A stretch of DNA of 53,260 nt from a virus. Taxonomy: Duplodnaviria > Caudoviricetes. Shown here in pieces: positions 18,843-27,508 of the stretch. Location: positions 1 through 53,260 of IMG/VR virus record IMGVR_UViG_3300036830_000043; one strand, written 5' to 3'. Within the stretch, counting starts at the first letter, position 1. Every line of letters begins with the position of its first letter. The notes under the pieces were generated by a model, which saw only the letters and a program-made list of their open reading frames with translations, was not told where the DNA came from and made no database searches. The position numbers and the translations under genes were made by a program.

Positions 18843-19858
18843 CCAACCATTTGTACGACAAAAACAGGACGATAGAAAATCGTACCCCACGTGCCGCCTG
18901 ACTTCTTCTGTTCCCACGAAGAAGACTTGGTGACCACCGCGTGGCTGCGCATCTTCTCCGTGAAGGCGCACTGCACGGTCTTCTGACCGCGCACCATCGG
19001 GGCGTACAACTGGACCAACTCGCCAGCCGCGTCCGCCGTGGAGAACTGCGGGATGGTGTAGATGGTCAGGTTGGGGAAGTTCGTCTTGATTTGCGTCAAG
19101 ACGTTCAGGTTGGTGCTGTTGGACTTGTTCAAGTTCAACGCGTTGGTGGGCGACAGACCCATGCGCAGGTCGCTCTTCGCGTTCAGGATGCCGTTGGACT
19201 GCGTGACCAACTCCTGCACCAAGCGCAGGATGTCGTCATAGATAATCAACGGGTCGGTCTGGCTGGTCCAGTTCAACGTCGGCGCGATGGGCGCGGACAA
19301 CGCGGGGTCATTGACACCGCCGTAGTTTTGCAGCCCGGCGATGCCGAACAGGTAGCTGTCATTCTGGAATTCCATCATGACGCGCAGGCTGGACGCGTTC
19401 AACTGGTTGACCCAATCCACACGGCCTTCGGCTTCCCGCTCAATCTCGCGCTCGCCGTATTCGGTGAACGTCTGATAGTGGTAGCTTTGGCGCTGCGGAT
19501 AGTTGATGTTCGCAGACACGCGGCCCGCTTGGCTGAAGTCGCCGTAGCTGGACACATAGCCCGCGCGCTCCGCGGTGATGAACATCGCAGTGTCGCTGAC
19601 CCACGTGCCTTTCTTGGTTTCATCGTAGAATTCAGCCGCGTTCAGGGGCTCCAAGACAATCTGGATGATTGCCGGGTCCACAAACGTGGTGAACAGCGAC
19701 GGGACACCGGAGTTGGCAGCGGTCACCAGTTGCGGTTGCGCGTCGAAGGCCAAATCCTGGTCAATGAGTTGCAGGCCCTTGGCTTCGCGGCCGAGTGAAG
19801 CCATGAAGTGGACGCCATAGCGGCGGGCAAGGGCGGCTTGGTCAAATGCGATTTTCAT
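18839..19858 (-). CDS. Major capsid protein (DUF2184-like)
   Basis: LAFDAQP.LVT..NSGVP, YGDFS..G, RQSYHYQT, K..GGTWG motifs. Confidence 0.92.
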   Translation of the reverse strand: MKIAFDQAALARRYGVHFMASLGREAKGLQLIDQDLAFDAQPQLVTAANSGVPSLFTTFVDPAIIQIVLEPLNAAEFYDETKKGTWVSDTAMFITAERAGYVSSYGDFSQAGRVSANINYPQRQSYHYQTFTEYGEREIEREAEGRVDWVNQLNASSLRVMMEFQNDSYLFGIAGLQNYGGVNDPALSAPIAPTLNWTSQTDPLIIYDDILRLVQELVTQSNGILNAKSDLRMGLSPTNALNLNKSNSTNLNVLTQIKTNFPNLTIYTIPQFSTADAAGELVQLYAPMVRGQKTVQCAFTEKMRSHAVVTKSSSWEQKKSGGTWGTIFYRPVFVVQMVG

Positions 19859-19899
19859 ATGTGTCTCTCTGTGTCCTAACTCTGTGAAGCCGCTGGCCC

Positions 19900-20817
19900 T
19901 TAGTTGTACCAGGTTGAAATGATGGCCAATTCGCCGGGGTTGCAGTTCGTGGCCACGGTGAACTGGGTTTGCACGTTGCCAGCCGGTACCGTCATCGTTT
20001 CCGACGCGGTATGGACCGGCGCATTGCTGACGATGTAGGTGCCGACGCCGCCGACGCCCGTGCCGAAGGCCACGATGGTGGTGCCCGCAGTCACGCCGCT
20101 GCCACTGATGACATCGCCGACGCTCAACGATCCCGCAGAGATGGCCGTCACGTTCAGCGTGTTGCTGGTCGTGGTGACCGCTTCCGCAGCTTCGTCAGAC
20201 GGCGCTGCGCTCAACTTGTACACAGCACCCACGGTGTTGGGGGCGCCGCTCACCAAGCCGGTGATGGTCGTGCCGCCCGTGATGCCTGTGCCGGTCACCG
20301 CGTCGCCAATCTCGATCAAGCCGCTGGTGATGGTGGCAATGGTCAGTTCGCTGGTAGCCGCAGTCAGGGACGCGGTACCGGTGAAACCGATGGCGCCCGT
20401 GAAGGACGTGGTGCCGCTGCCGGACTGCGCCGCGCCCGTGGTTTCGTCGGCATAGACCGTCTGGCCCGCCGTCGCACCGTCGCCGAAGCGCGCCCAAAAC
20501 TCGCCCTGATCAAACAGGGTGACCATGAAGCCCGAAGGGACCAGCATGGTGGCCGCGCCCAAGAACGCGGTAATGAGCGCCTGCGCATTGCGAGCGAAGA
20601 AGCCGATTTGGTAGCCGCTCGAATAGCTCTGATGTACCGACTGGTCAGCCGGGTTCACGAAAGCGAAGCGACCGACAAGCAGGCCGGTGGCCGGTGCAAC
20701 AAGGTTGCCGCCGATGGCGAGCACTGAGGCGCGCGGATTGAGTGACGCGAAGTCACCTTCCACAGCCGGGGGAGCCTTGGAACCGACGACATTTTGGAAA
20801 CCGTTGGGGCTTGACAT
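19900..20817 (-). CDS. Capsid decoration or cement protein with inserted Gly/Thr-rich repeats
   Basis: GFQ..V...[13 protein letters not shown]-terminus; directly upstream of the capsid gene. Confidence 0.8.
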   Translation of the reverse strand: MSSPNGFQNVVGSKAPPAVEGDFASLNPRASVLAIGGNLVAPATGLLVGRFAFVNPADQSVHQSYSSGYQIGFFARNAQALITAFLGAATMLVPSGFMVTLFDQGEFWARFGDGATAGQTVYADETTGAAQSGSGTTSFTGAIGFTGTASLTAATSELTIATITSGLIEIGDAVTGTGITGGTTITGLVSGAPNTVGAVYKLSAAPSDEAAEAVTTTSNTLNVTAISAGSLSVGDVISGSGVTAGTTIVAFGTGVGGVGTYIVSNAPVHTASETMTVPAGNVQTQFTVATNCNPGELAIISTWYN

Positions 20818-20835
20818 GTGATGTTTTCCTGCTGC

Positions 20836-21516
20836 TTATCGCTTGATACGGTCGAAGCCCGGGAAGGCTTCAGACATTGATTTGGTGCCCGCGGCCGGTG
20901 CGCCGTCTTGCGCAAGAGGTGCCGTGGACTTGGTGGCCACATCGAACAGTGCGGCGAACGCGGACGGATCAACACCGTTGGTGTCAATGCCCAGCTTGGT
21001 CAGCGCGGCGCCGTAGACTTCAGCGGCGCTATCCATCGCAACCACGCCGATGACCGGCAGCACTTTTGTGCGGGCTTCGGTCAACGCACGGTCGGCGGCG
21101 ACAGCAGAGCGGACGCGCGCGTCAATAGCTTGGTCCATGGCCTTGCGGTCCTTGCCGCCCAAGCCCCAATTGCCATCCTTCGCCTTCTTGTCCTTGGCGT
21201 GCTTCTTGTCCTTGGCCTCACCCTTTTCCTGCGGGTCTTCGTTGTCTTCGTCCTCGCCATCGACATCATCTTCCATGTCTTCATCGTTGGCATCGTTGTA
21301 CTTGATTTCCGTCTCCGGGCCTTCGAGGTTCAGCACGGCGTCTTTGGCTGCCTTGTCCTTCGCGGCCTTGTCCTTTGCCGCTTTGTCCTTCGCGGCCTTG
21401 TCGGTCGCTGCCTTGTCCAGCGCCAACTGCGCGGTCACGGCTGCGGTGATGTCTTCCGGCTTCGCATCTTTGGCGAGGAACGGAACCAGGGAGGCAACAA
21501 GGGCAGAGATTTTCAT
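20836..21516 (-). CDS. Scaffolding protein
   Basis: Highly charged; DKAAK x4; AMDSAAEVY motif; position. Confidence 0.75.
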   Translation of the reverse strand: MKISALVASLVPFLAKDAKPEDITAAVTAQLALDKAATDKAAKDKAAKDKAAKDKAAKDAVLNLEGPETEIKYNDANDEDMEDDVDGEDEDNEDPQEKGEAKDKKHAKDKKAKDGNWGLGGKDRKAMDQAIDARVRSAVAADRALTEARTKVLPVIGVVAMDSAAEVYGAALTKLGIDTNGVDPSAFAALFDVATKSTAPLAQDGAPAAGTKSMSEAFPGFDRIKR

Positions 21517-21540
21517 GTGCGGTGACTCTTTGGGTAAAAC

Positions 21541-21594
21541 TGTGAACTACATCACTTCAGGGACCAGATTATCGCAACAAATCCTAGGATGCAA
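21541..21594 (-). promoter_or_regulatory. Capsid-operon promoter TTGCAT-N17-TAATCT with a downstream CRP-like box (21541-21556)
   Basis: Shares CGATAATCTG with the promoter at 25711-25740; TGTGA-actaca-TCACT box. Confidence 0.55.
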
Positions 21595-22360
21595 CAGCCG
21601 CATCATGCACGTAGGCATCTGGCCCCACGCGGCCAGCTTCTACCAGCGCCACGTGGTTGCCCACCAAGCGGGTCATGCGGCCATCGTATTTTTCACCGTC
21701 GATTTCTCCCGGCGACATGTCCACAACGTAGCGATAGCCGCAAGAAAGCTCACGCTGCGCACCGGACTCGATGACGGCGATGGCTTCGGCATCCCACACA
21801 GTCAGGTCGGCGATAAGGAACGGATGGCGGTAGCGAACATTCGACACGGTGCCCACGATATAGGGCTTATTCGGCTGCGCCGCTGTGGAAGCCACATGGT
21901 GCATCATGAGCGGGATGCGCTCATACGTGGACGCTGCGGCTTCCAGTTCCGCCTTGTCGCGGTAGAGCATGTACGCGCGGCCGGGCTCAAGCCCCAGCGC
22001 TTCAGAGCCTGGAATTTCCCGGCCGAAGTAGGGGCACACATTTGCCTTCGAGATGTTGCACGATTCGACAACCAAGCGGCCGTCAACCGTCTCCTGGCGC
22101 AACGAGCGGTCAAACGCCATGCGCCGGTCATGGGCGCCGAGCACCGCGCAATCTTCTTCCAACTCGATGTCTTCGTCCTCTTCCAACTCGATGCAATCGG
22201 CCACGCCCAGTTCTGCCAACTCGGATGGCGTCAAGTCGTTGTCTTCACCGGCTTCAGAGTATGCGATTGCCACGGCTTGCTTAGGGGGTTTTCCCGCGGC
22301 AATTTCCGTGCGCACGTTCGCGCTGAATGCTTTTTTGGATTTACCTTTTTGGAGCGGCAT
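21584..22360 (-). CDS. Prohead protease (DUF2213-like)
   Basis: ISKANVCPY.G.EIP, ELSCGY and NHVALVEAGRVG motifs. Confidence 0.88.
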   Translation of the reverse strand: MPLQKGKSKKAFSANVRTEIAAGKPPKQAVAIAYSEAGEDNDLTPSELAELGVADCIELEEDEDIELEEDCAVLGAHDRRMAFDRSLRQETVDGRLVVESCNISKANVCPYFGREIPGSEALGLEPGRAYMLYRDKAELEAAASTYERIPLMMHHVASTAAQPNKPYIVGTVSNVRYRHPFLIADLTVWDAEAIAVIESGAQRELSCGYRYVVDMSPGEIDGEKYDGRMTRLVGNHVALVEAGRVGPDAYVHDAAVAS

Positions 22361-22385
22361 GCCACCAGCATACGGTGGCTAAGGG

Positions 22386-23216
22386 TCAATCGTCAAAGCC
22401 CGAGATGATGGACCGGCTGGTGCAGCGGCAGTTGGGCTCCGTACCCGGCCACACGCGGCGCTTCGCCACGGGGTCATAAACGCCTTCGGCAATCTTGAAT
22501 ATCAGCTTGTCCTGGCCCCACTTCACGTGATGCGAGCGCGGGACTTTGCCGCCACCGCTGTGACGCCACGCGGCTTTTACTAGGCCAAGCTCCTGGCGCC
22601 GGGTGTTCTCAATGACAGCCTTGGCTTTGTTGTTCTGATCGCGCGCGATGAAGGACGCGCGACGATGGGACACCCCGTAGTTCTTCTGCAAATCCTTGCG
22701 TAGCGTGCCCATGTCGCCGCCGCGCATCACGGACTGCCACACACTGGTGGCCACATCCTTCAGGAATTCTTCGGATATGGATTTAATCAGCCCCACGTTC
22801 TCATGCAGCACCGCGTGGTATTGCTGCACGCTCTTCTTCGACGGGCTGAAGGCGACGGTGAAACCCTGCTTGGCCAGCGCTGCGCTGAATGCGCGCTCTG
22901 TCGTGGCAAAATTCTTGGTGACGAACTTACGCCCCAAGTCCAGCGACATCTTATTGAACTTGCGTTGCCACAGTCCGCCCCATTTCTTCAACGCTCGATT
23001 CAGCGCCACTGTGGGTGTCACCGCGTCCTGGCCGAAGCCCGCAGTGGGTGTGTGGGCCTTCCAGGCAGCTTCGATGTGGCGGACCATGGAGTTGGCCGCG
23101 CGGTTCAGCATGTCCTGGAGTTTCTTTCGATACCAAGCTTCAACGCCCTTGTTGGCGTGGAGCGCTTCAAGCTCAACGGGCTTGCCGGTGGGACTGCGTA
23201 GCTTCCGGTTACGCAC
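22386..23216 (-). CDS. Head morphogenesis protein (Mu gpF / SPP1 gp7-like)
   Basis: NVGLIKSI, RASFIARDQ, PGTEPNCRC motifs; start uncertain. Confidence 0.88.
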   Translation of the reverse strand: MRNRKLRSPTGKPVELEALHANKGVEAWYRKKLQDMLNRAANSMVRHIEAAWKAHTPTAGFGQDAVTPTVALNRALKKWGGLWQRKFNKMSLDLGRKFVTKNFATTERAFSAALAKQGFTVAFSPSKKSVQQYHAVLHENVGLIKSISEEFLKDVATSVWQSVMRGGDMGTLRKDLQKNYGVSHRRASFIARDQNNKAKAVIENTRRQELGLVKAAWRHSGGGKVPRSHHVKWGQDKLIFKIAEGVYDPVAKRRVWPGTEPNCRCTSRSIISGFDD

Positions 23217-23610
23217 GGGCGTTGGGGGCGAGCGGGGCGCCACCGAATTGTTCGTGAAGCTCCTGCGATAGCGCAAGCGCCCGCCAGGCCAGTTGGTCGG
23301 CCTCATTCAAGAGCGCCGCGCGGCGCCCGCGGTTCACTTCCTCCAAGAATGGGTTGCCAGTGGTCGGGCCGTCCTTCTCGCGCTCAAGAAGCGCGTAGAT
23401 GTCTCCCACATCCATCAGGTGCCGCACGATGCAGTCTGCGTGGTCATTCGACTTGCCCCGGGCGTGGTGCATCTCTTCTCCGGGGTTGTGCTTCTCATTC
23501 GCGACCATTGACACGCGTGCCACACCAGCCAAGGCAGCAGCGAAGTATGCAAGACACCCGCGGAACATCGGGTACTTCTTGCGCACCGCGCTATCTGTCG
23601 GCAGTGACAT
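23209..23610 (-). CDS. dATP/dGTP diphosphohydrolase domain protein (DUF5664-like)
   Basis: RK..P...G...YF..AL..VA.VS...NEKH..DCIVRHL..AWRALA pattern. Confidence 0.7.
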   Translation of the reverse strand: MSLPTDSAVRKKYPMFRGCLAYFAAALAGVARVSMVANEKHNPGEEMHHARGKSNDHADCIVRHLMDVGDIYALLEREKDGPTTGNPFLEEVNRGRRAALLNEADQLAWRALALSQELHEQFGGAPLAPNARA

Positions 23611-23612
23611 CT

Positions 23613-24689
23613 TCACTTTTGCACGCTCACCCATTCGGCCTTCTCGCGCTTTGCCGGTGGGTCACAGAACACGGGCATGGTCCAGTTGACACCGATGTCC
23701 GGGTGGGTGGTGCAAAGGTTCTGGCTTGGCGGCTCAAAGCGGTAGTTGTTGTCGGCCGCGTATTCGTCATAGCCCTTCAGGCAGGAATTGACCATCAAAT
23801 GGGACAGCACAATGCGTTGATGCCAGTGGCCGCATTCCATGATGTCGTAGGACTGGTCCACAGCCGCGTTGCGCTGTTGCTTCTTCTGGTTGCCGCGCAT
23901 CAACGGCCCGATGGGTCCAATGATGCTGTCACCGCTGCGGAACTGGTCCCCGTGGGTCAGCAGGTAGCGGGTATTGAAGATGCGGTAGAGCGCGTCCGCG
24001 CTGTCCGGGATATAGAAGGTGACGCGCCTATCATCCTTGAAACGCTCTGCCAGGAACTGGTACAAAAGCCAGCCAAATGACGTGTCATTGCGGTCTTTGT
24101 GCCAGGTCTTCTTGGTGTCGCGGTCATGGTTGCCGGACACGCAGGGCAGGAACACGCGGCCGAACACATCCGCCAGCAGCGCGATGGCAGGCACCAGGTT
24201 GCGGTATAAGTCCAGCATCACCGGCATGGTGTTCATTTCGTTGGTGGCCGCAAGCTCTTCGTGGATGTTGCCGCCCACCATGTCGCCGCCGAGTTTGACC
24301 ACGATGCCCGGGTAACGCATCGCCGGGTCAAGAATCTTCAACAGCTTGATGGTCTTCTGGACCACATTGGCCAGGCGCCGACGCGCAATGGTCATGTTGA
24401 ATTCGTTGACCCCGTTGACTTGCGCGGGCTTAACAACTTCACCCCAATGCAGATCCGACAGCATGAGGCCCGGCACGCCCGGCGCATCGGTGGTGATGGT
24501 GGGCTTGGTGACCCACTCCGGGATGCGTAGCGCTTGTGTCTCCAGGCGCGCAGTGCCGATGATGTCACGGATGATGTCCGCGTTGATGGCAGCCGCCTTG
24601 GCCTCGCGCAATTCCTCGCGCAGGTTCAGGATGATGGTGGTAGGGTCATGCTGCTTGCGCAGGTCATCGACCGTTTTTGACTTCTTCAC
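23613..24689 (-). CDS. Calcineurin-like metallophosphoesterase
   Basis: SDLHWG, GGDMVGG, SGNHDR, THGD and GHWH: all five metal-binding motifs. Confidence 0.9.
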   Translation of the reverse strand: MKKSKTVDDLRKQHDPTTIILNLREELREAKAAAINADIIRDIIGTARLETQALRIPEWVTKPTITTDAPGVPGLMLSDLHWGEVVKPAQVNGVNEFNMTIARRRLANVVQKTIKLLKILDPAMRYPGIVVKLGGDMVGGNIHEELAATNEMNTMPVMLDLYRNLVPAIALLADVFGRVFLPCVSGNHDRDTKKTWHKDRNDTSFGWLLYQFLAERFKDDRRVTFYIPDSADALYRIFNTRYLLTHGDQFRSGDSIIGPIGPLMRGNQKKQQRNAAVDQSYDIMECGHWHQRIVLSHLMVNSCLKGYDEYAADNNYRFEPPSQNLCTTHPDIGVNWTMPVFCDPPAKREKAEWVSVQK

Positions 24690-25027
24690 GTGTTGAAATC
24701 CTCGATGGTGAACGCGCGGAAGGCGTTGGGATAGTCCTTGCAGACCTTGGTCGCGGTCTTCGGGTCCGCAAACCATACATTGCGCGATGCCTTCTTGGAA
24801 TTCAACCCCGTGGCGATAACCACGTGTTTTAGGAACGCCCGGCGCACATCGGCCGCATCGTGCTGGGTGATGCCCGCGCGCTTCAGGAAGTCGGCCTCAT
24901 ATTCGTGGTTTTCCTTGCCGCCTTCCCGCAGCATCGCCGCCAGCGCCGCTTCCACCTTGCGTGGGTTCACCACTTTCTTGTCGTGGGCACCGCGTAGGTC
25001 TGCAATTGTCTTAGCTTTCGTCGCCAT
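24686..25027 (-). CDS. Hypothetical protein, possibly nucleic-acid binding
   Basis: 113 aa, basic; translationally coupled to the phosphoesterase. Confidence 0.6.
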   Translation of the reverse strand: MATKAKTIADLRGAHDKKVVNPRKVEAALAAMLREGGKENHEYEADFLKRAGITQHDAADVRRAFLKHVVIATGLNSKKASRNVWFADPKTATKVCKDYPNAFRAFTIEDFNT

Positions 25028-25177
25028 TGGTCTTTGTCTCCGGTTTGGTTTTCACTAAAGCGCCGCGGAAATACCGCGGTTTCTCGCCATTCTGCGTGTT
25101 GACGCTGCTGTCAACTTCGCGTTGTTCGTTGCGGGAGACCATGCCCGCGTCGGCAATCTGCCGCATGCTTTGCTTCT

Positions 25178-25702
25178 TCAGTCGCATCCTTGGCCCTTCT
25201 CGCTGATACCGTCCTGGTAGTATTTGCCAACGCCATCCGCCTGTCCACGGGTTGACAAAAACACATCTGCATCCACCCAGCCCTTCGGGCAGTGGAAGCC
25301 CCAGCGGCGAATCGGTGGCCAGCGGAACCACAGGGACCACACGGGCTTGCGGCTGTAGAGCACCACACGGTGCGGAGTCTCCGCGCGTCGGAAGTGAGGC
25401 ACGAACGGCCAGCGGTGGTGGATGCTATCAAAGTAGCCACGGTCGCGGATGTTGCAGTTGACTGCCTCCACGGTCGGCCGCTTCATGGCGTAGCTGCACG
25501 CATAGGTGCGGACAATCTCGGCGAAGCCTTCGAGGCTTAAGATGATGCTGATGTTGTCGGACTTGTGGTCATGCAGCGCGCGGTCTTCGTCGCTGCGCCA
25601 CCATTTGTGCAGGCAGAGTTGCCAGCCATGCCAGTTAAACAGCACCCAACGGTGCGTCTGTGGGTCAAGGCGGGGGCCTATGATTAGGTCGGGGGCTCTC
25701 AC
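25178..25702 (-). CDS. Cupin or cysteine-dioxygenase-like metal-binding protein
   Basis: LH...RSDEDRALHDH...SIIL, HRV, WSL, WGF pattern. Confidence 0.6.
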   Translation of the reverse strand: MRAPDLIIGPRLDPQTHRWVLFNWHGWQLCLHKWWRSDEDRALHDHKSDNISIILSLEGFAEIVRTYACSYAMKRPTVEAVNCNIRDRGYFDSIHHRWPFVPHFRRAETPHRVVLYSRKPVWSLWFRWPPIRRWGFHCPKGWVDADVFLSTRGQADGVGKYYQDGISEKGQGCD

Positions 25703-25710
25703 TGGACGGG

Positions 25711-25740
25711 CAGATTATCGACGCGTGACGGCGGTGTCAA
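25711..25740 (-). promoter_or_regulatory. Sigma70-like promoter TTGACA-N17-TAATCT with an operator at 25726-25739
   Basis: Consensus -35, 17-bp spacer, palindrome TGACggcggtGTCA. Confidence 0.7.
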
Positions 25741-27494
25741 GCGGTCTTCTTAGCCTTCGCAAGCTTCAACGCGTTCTTCCGGTCCTTCTCATTTTCCTTG
25801 GACTGGTGCTTGCGGTCCTTGTCCGCTTCGCTCGATGCGTGCTCAAGGTCCGGGCTGCCGTCTTCTTCGTCATCATCGTCCGTGCCTTCGCCGTCCAGCG
25901 TCGGTTCGGGGAGGCCGGGCGCTTCGCCGGTCAAGCCGTCATAGCCGCTATTGGGGTCTTTGGCCAGTTTGTCGCGAACTTCCTGTGGGTCCAGCACGCC
26001 CTTGTCAATCAGCACGCCGTCGCGGTCTGCGTCGCTCTTACGCTCTTCGGCCAGTTCCTTGGCGGTCGGTTCATCGAGCGGCACCCACTCATGGGTGATG
26101 CTGTCATCAATCATGCCGTAGAGATGGCACTGAATCGCTTCAATGCAGAGCTTGGCGTTGTTGTCCACAAGCTGCTGCTGGCTGGACAAGAATTCGTGCC
26201 ACACTTGGATTTCGCCTTCGCTGGACGCATTCAGGCCGGACGGGGTGACGCCCGTCATGATGACCAGGGGCTGGTGGACAATCGCCGCCATGTGCTCCTG
26301 TGCCTGCGCCTGGAGCTTATCGAGGCCGGACAGCGACGTGTCGGCCTTCACGATTTCTTCCGTGGCCTTGTCCAGGAGCATCAGGCCCTGGTTGTCTTTG
26401 TTGTTCGCGAACAGTTGCGCGCGACCCAACACACCGCCGTTTTCCGTGTCTTCGAGCAACGCAGCCAGGTTGGTCATCAGCGCGGTGATGGAAAACTTGT
26501 GGATGAAATCGTTGACGGACTTGCGCGTGCGCAGCCACATGTTGACGGCGGGCTCCAGCAACTGCGTCCAGGACAGCCCACCGAAGTTATAGGCGGGCTT
26601 CAGCAGGTCCGGCACCGGACGTGACAGGAACATCAACAGCCGCGTGTGGTGGGTCTTCTTGCCCATCACGAACCACGAAGACGGCTTGTAGAAATCCGGC
26701 CGCGTGGGGTCGGTGGCGTTGTACGAATACGGGGTGGTCCAGTACGGCTCGATGGGCTGGAAGCCCAGCAGCGAACCCTTGGGAATATTCTTGGGGTCAA
26801 TCTCCAGCGGCGCCTGGCGCTTCAGGTCATCTTCTTGGCCCTTGATGCGGATGTATAGCTGACCGCGGCCAAAAAACCCGTCATATTGAATGCACGTGCG
26901 GAAGTGGTCACGCAGCTTGAAGTCTTCCATGGCCTGCGTGATTTCAACTATTTTGTCATCGAGCGGGTCACTGTTGTCTTCGGTTTCCGTCTCACCAGAT
27001 TTGCCTTCATCCTGCGCCAACTCTTTGGTGCCGTCCTTCTTTTTTGGCTTCTTCGACACCTTGAGCTTCAACCAGCGCCGGGTCATCTCCGCGGCCTGCA
27101 TCTCGGACGGCGCGCGATACTCTGCGACTTGCAGCAGTTGCGCTAAGTACGGATAGCCCTGGAAGAAATAGCCGAACGCAAAATTTGTGTTGCCCCACCC
27201 AAAGAGCCCATCCACGCTGGGCATGTCATCGAAGGCCATTTCCTTGCAGCCGTTGTCCATCGCGAGCACCAGCCCCTTGCCGGTGGGCGGCTTGGCGGGG
27301 ATGACACCGGGCGGTAATTCGGGCAAACGCAGCGCATTGCCATAGCCGGGCGTGATGTCGCGCAGCATGGTCTGGCTGTCGATGGCGTGGCTGATGGGGG
27401 CGCCCGCGCTCTTCCGCGCTGCGCTGCTTAGGTTCTTCAATGTTCCCGCGGGAACAATACGCGCAGGGGCGGCTTTACGGGGTTTGGCTTTCAT
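25737..27494 (-). CDS. Portal protein (DUF1073-like)
   Basis: GYPYLAQL, P..LKPAYNFGGLS, G.TPSGLNASSEGE motifs; follows terL. Confidence 0.9.
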   Translation of the reverse strand: MKAKPRKAAPARIVPAGTLKNLSSAARKSAGAPISHAIDSQTMLRDITPGYGNALRLPELPPGVIPAKPPTGKGLVLAMDNGCKEMAFDDMPSVDGLFGWGNTNFAFGYFFQGYPYLAQLLQVAEYRAPSEMQAAEMTRRWLKLKVSKKPKKKDGTKELAQDEGKSGETETEDNSDPLDDKIVEITQAMEDFKLRDHFRTCIQYDGFFGRGQLYIRIKGQEDDLKRQAPLEIDPKNIPKGSLLGFQPIEPYWTTPYSYNATDPTRPDFYKPSSWFVMGKKTHHTRLLMFLSRPVPDLLKPAYNFGGLSWTQLLEPAVNMWLRTRKSVNDFIHKFSITALMTNLAALLEDTENGGVLGRAQLFANNKDNQGLMLLDKATEEIVKADTSLSGLDKLQAQAQEHMAAIVHQPLVIMTGVTPSGLNASSEGEIQVWHEFLSSQQQLVDNNAKLCIEAIQCHLYGMIDDSITHEWVPLDEPTAKELAEERKSDADRDGVLIDKGVLDPQEVRDKLAKDPNSGYDGLTGEAPGLPEPTLDGEGTDDDDEEDGSPDLEHASSEADKDRKHQSKENEKDRKNALKLAKAKKTA

Positions 27495-27508
27495 TACCGT
27501 AATGTAGC

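Noticed and set aside
21340-21415. 15-bp tandem repeat
   Set aside because: It only encodes the DKAAK x4 helix of the scaffold
21517-21586. Stop readthrough fusing protease and scaffold, or genome recoding
   Set aside because: The two ORFs are out of frame (67-nt gap), and all core genes are intact in the standard code
23209-23610. Complete 2-aminoadenine (Z) or 7-deazaguanine pathway
   Set aside because: No PurZ, DpdA or Que-type genes were recognised; only nucleotide hydrolases
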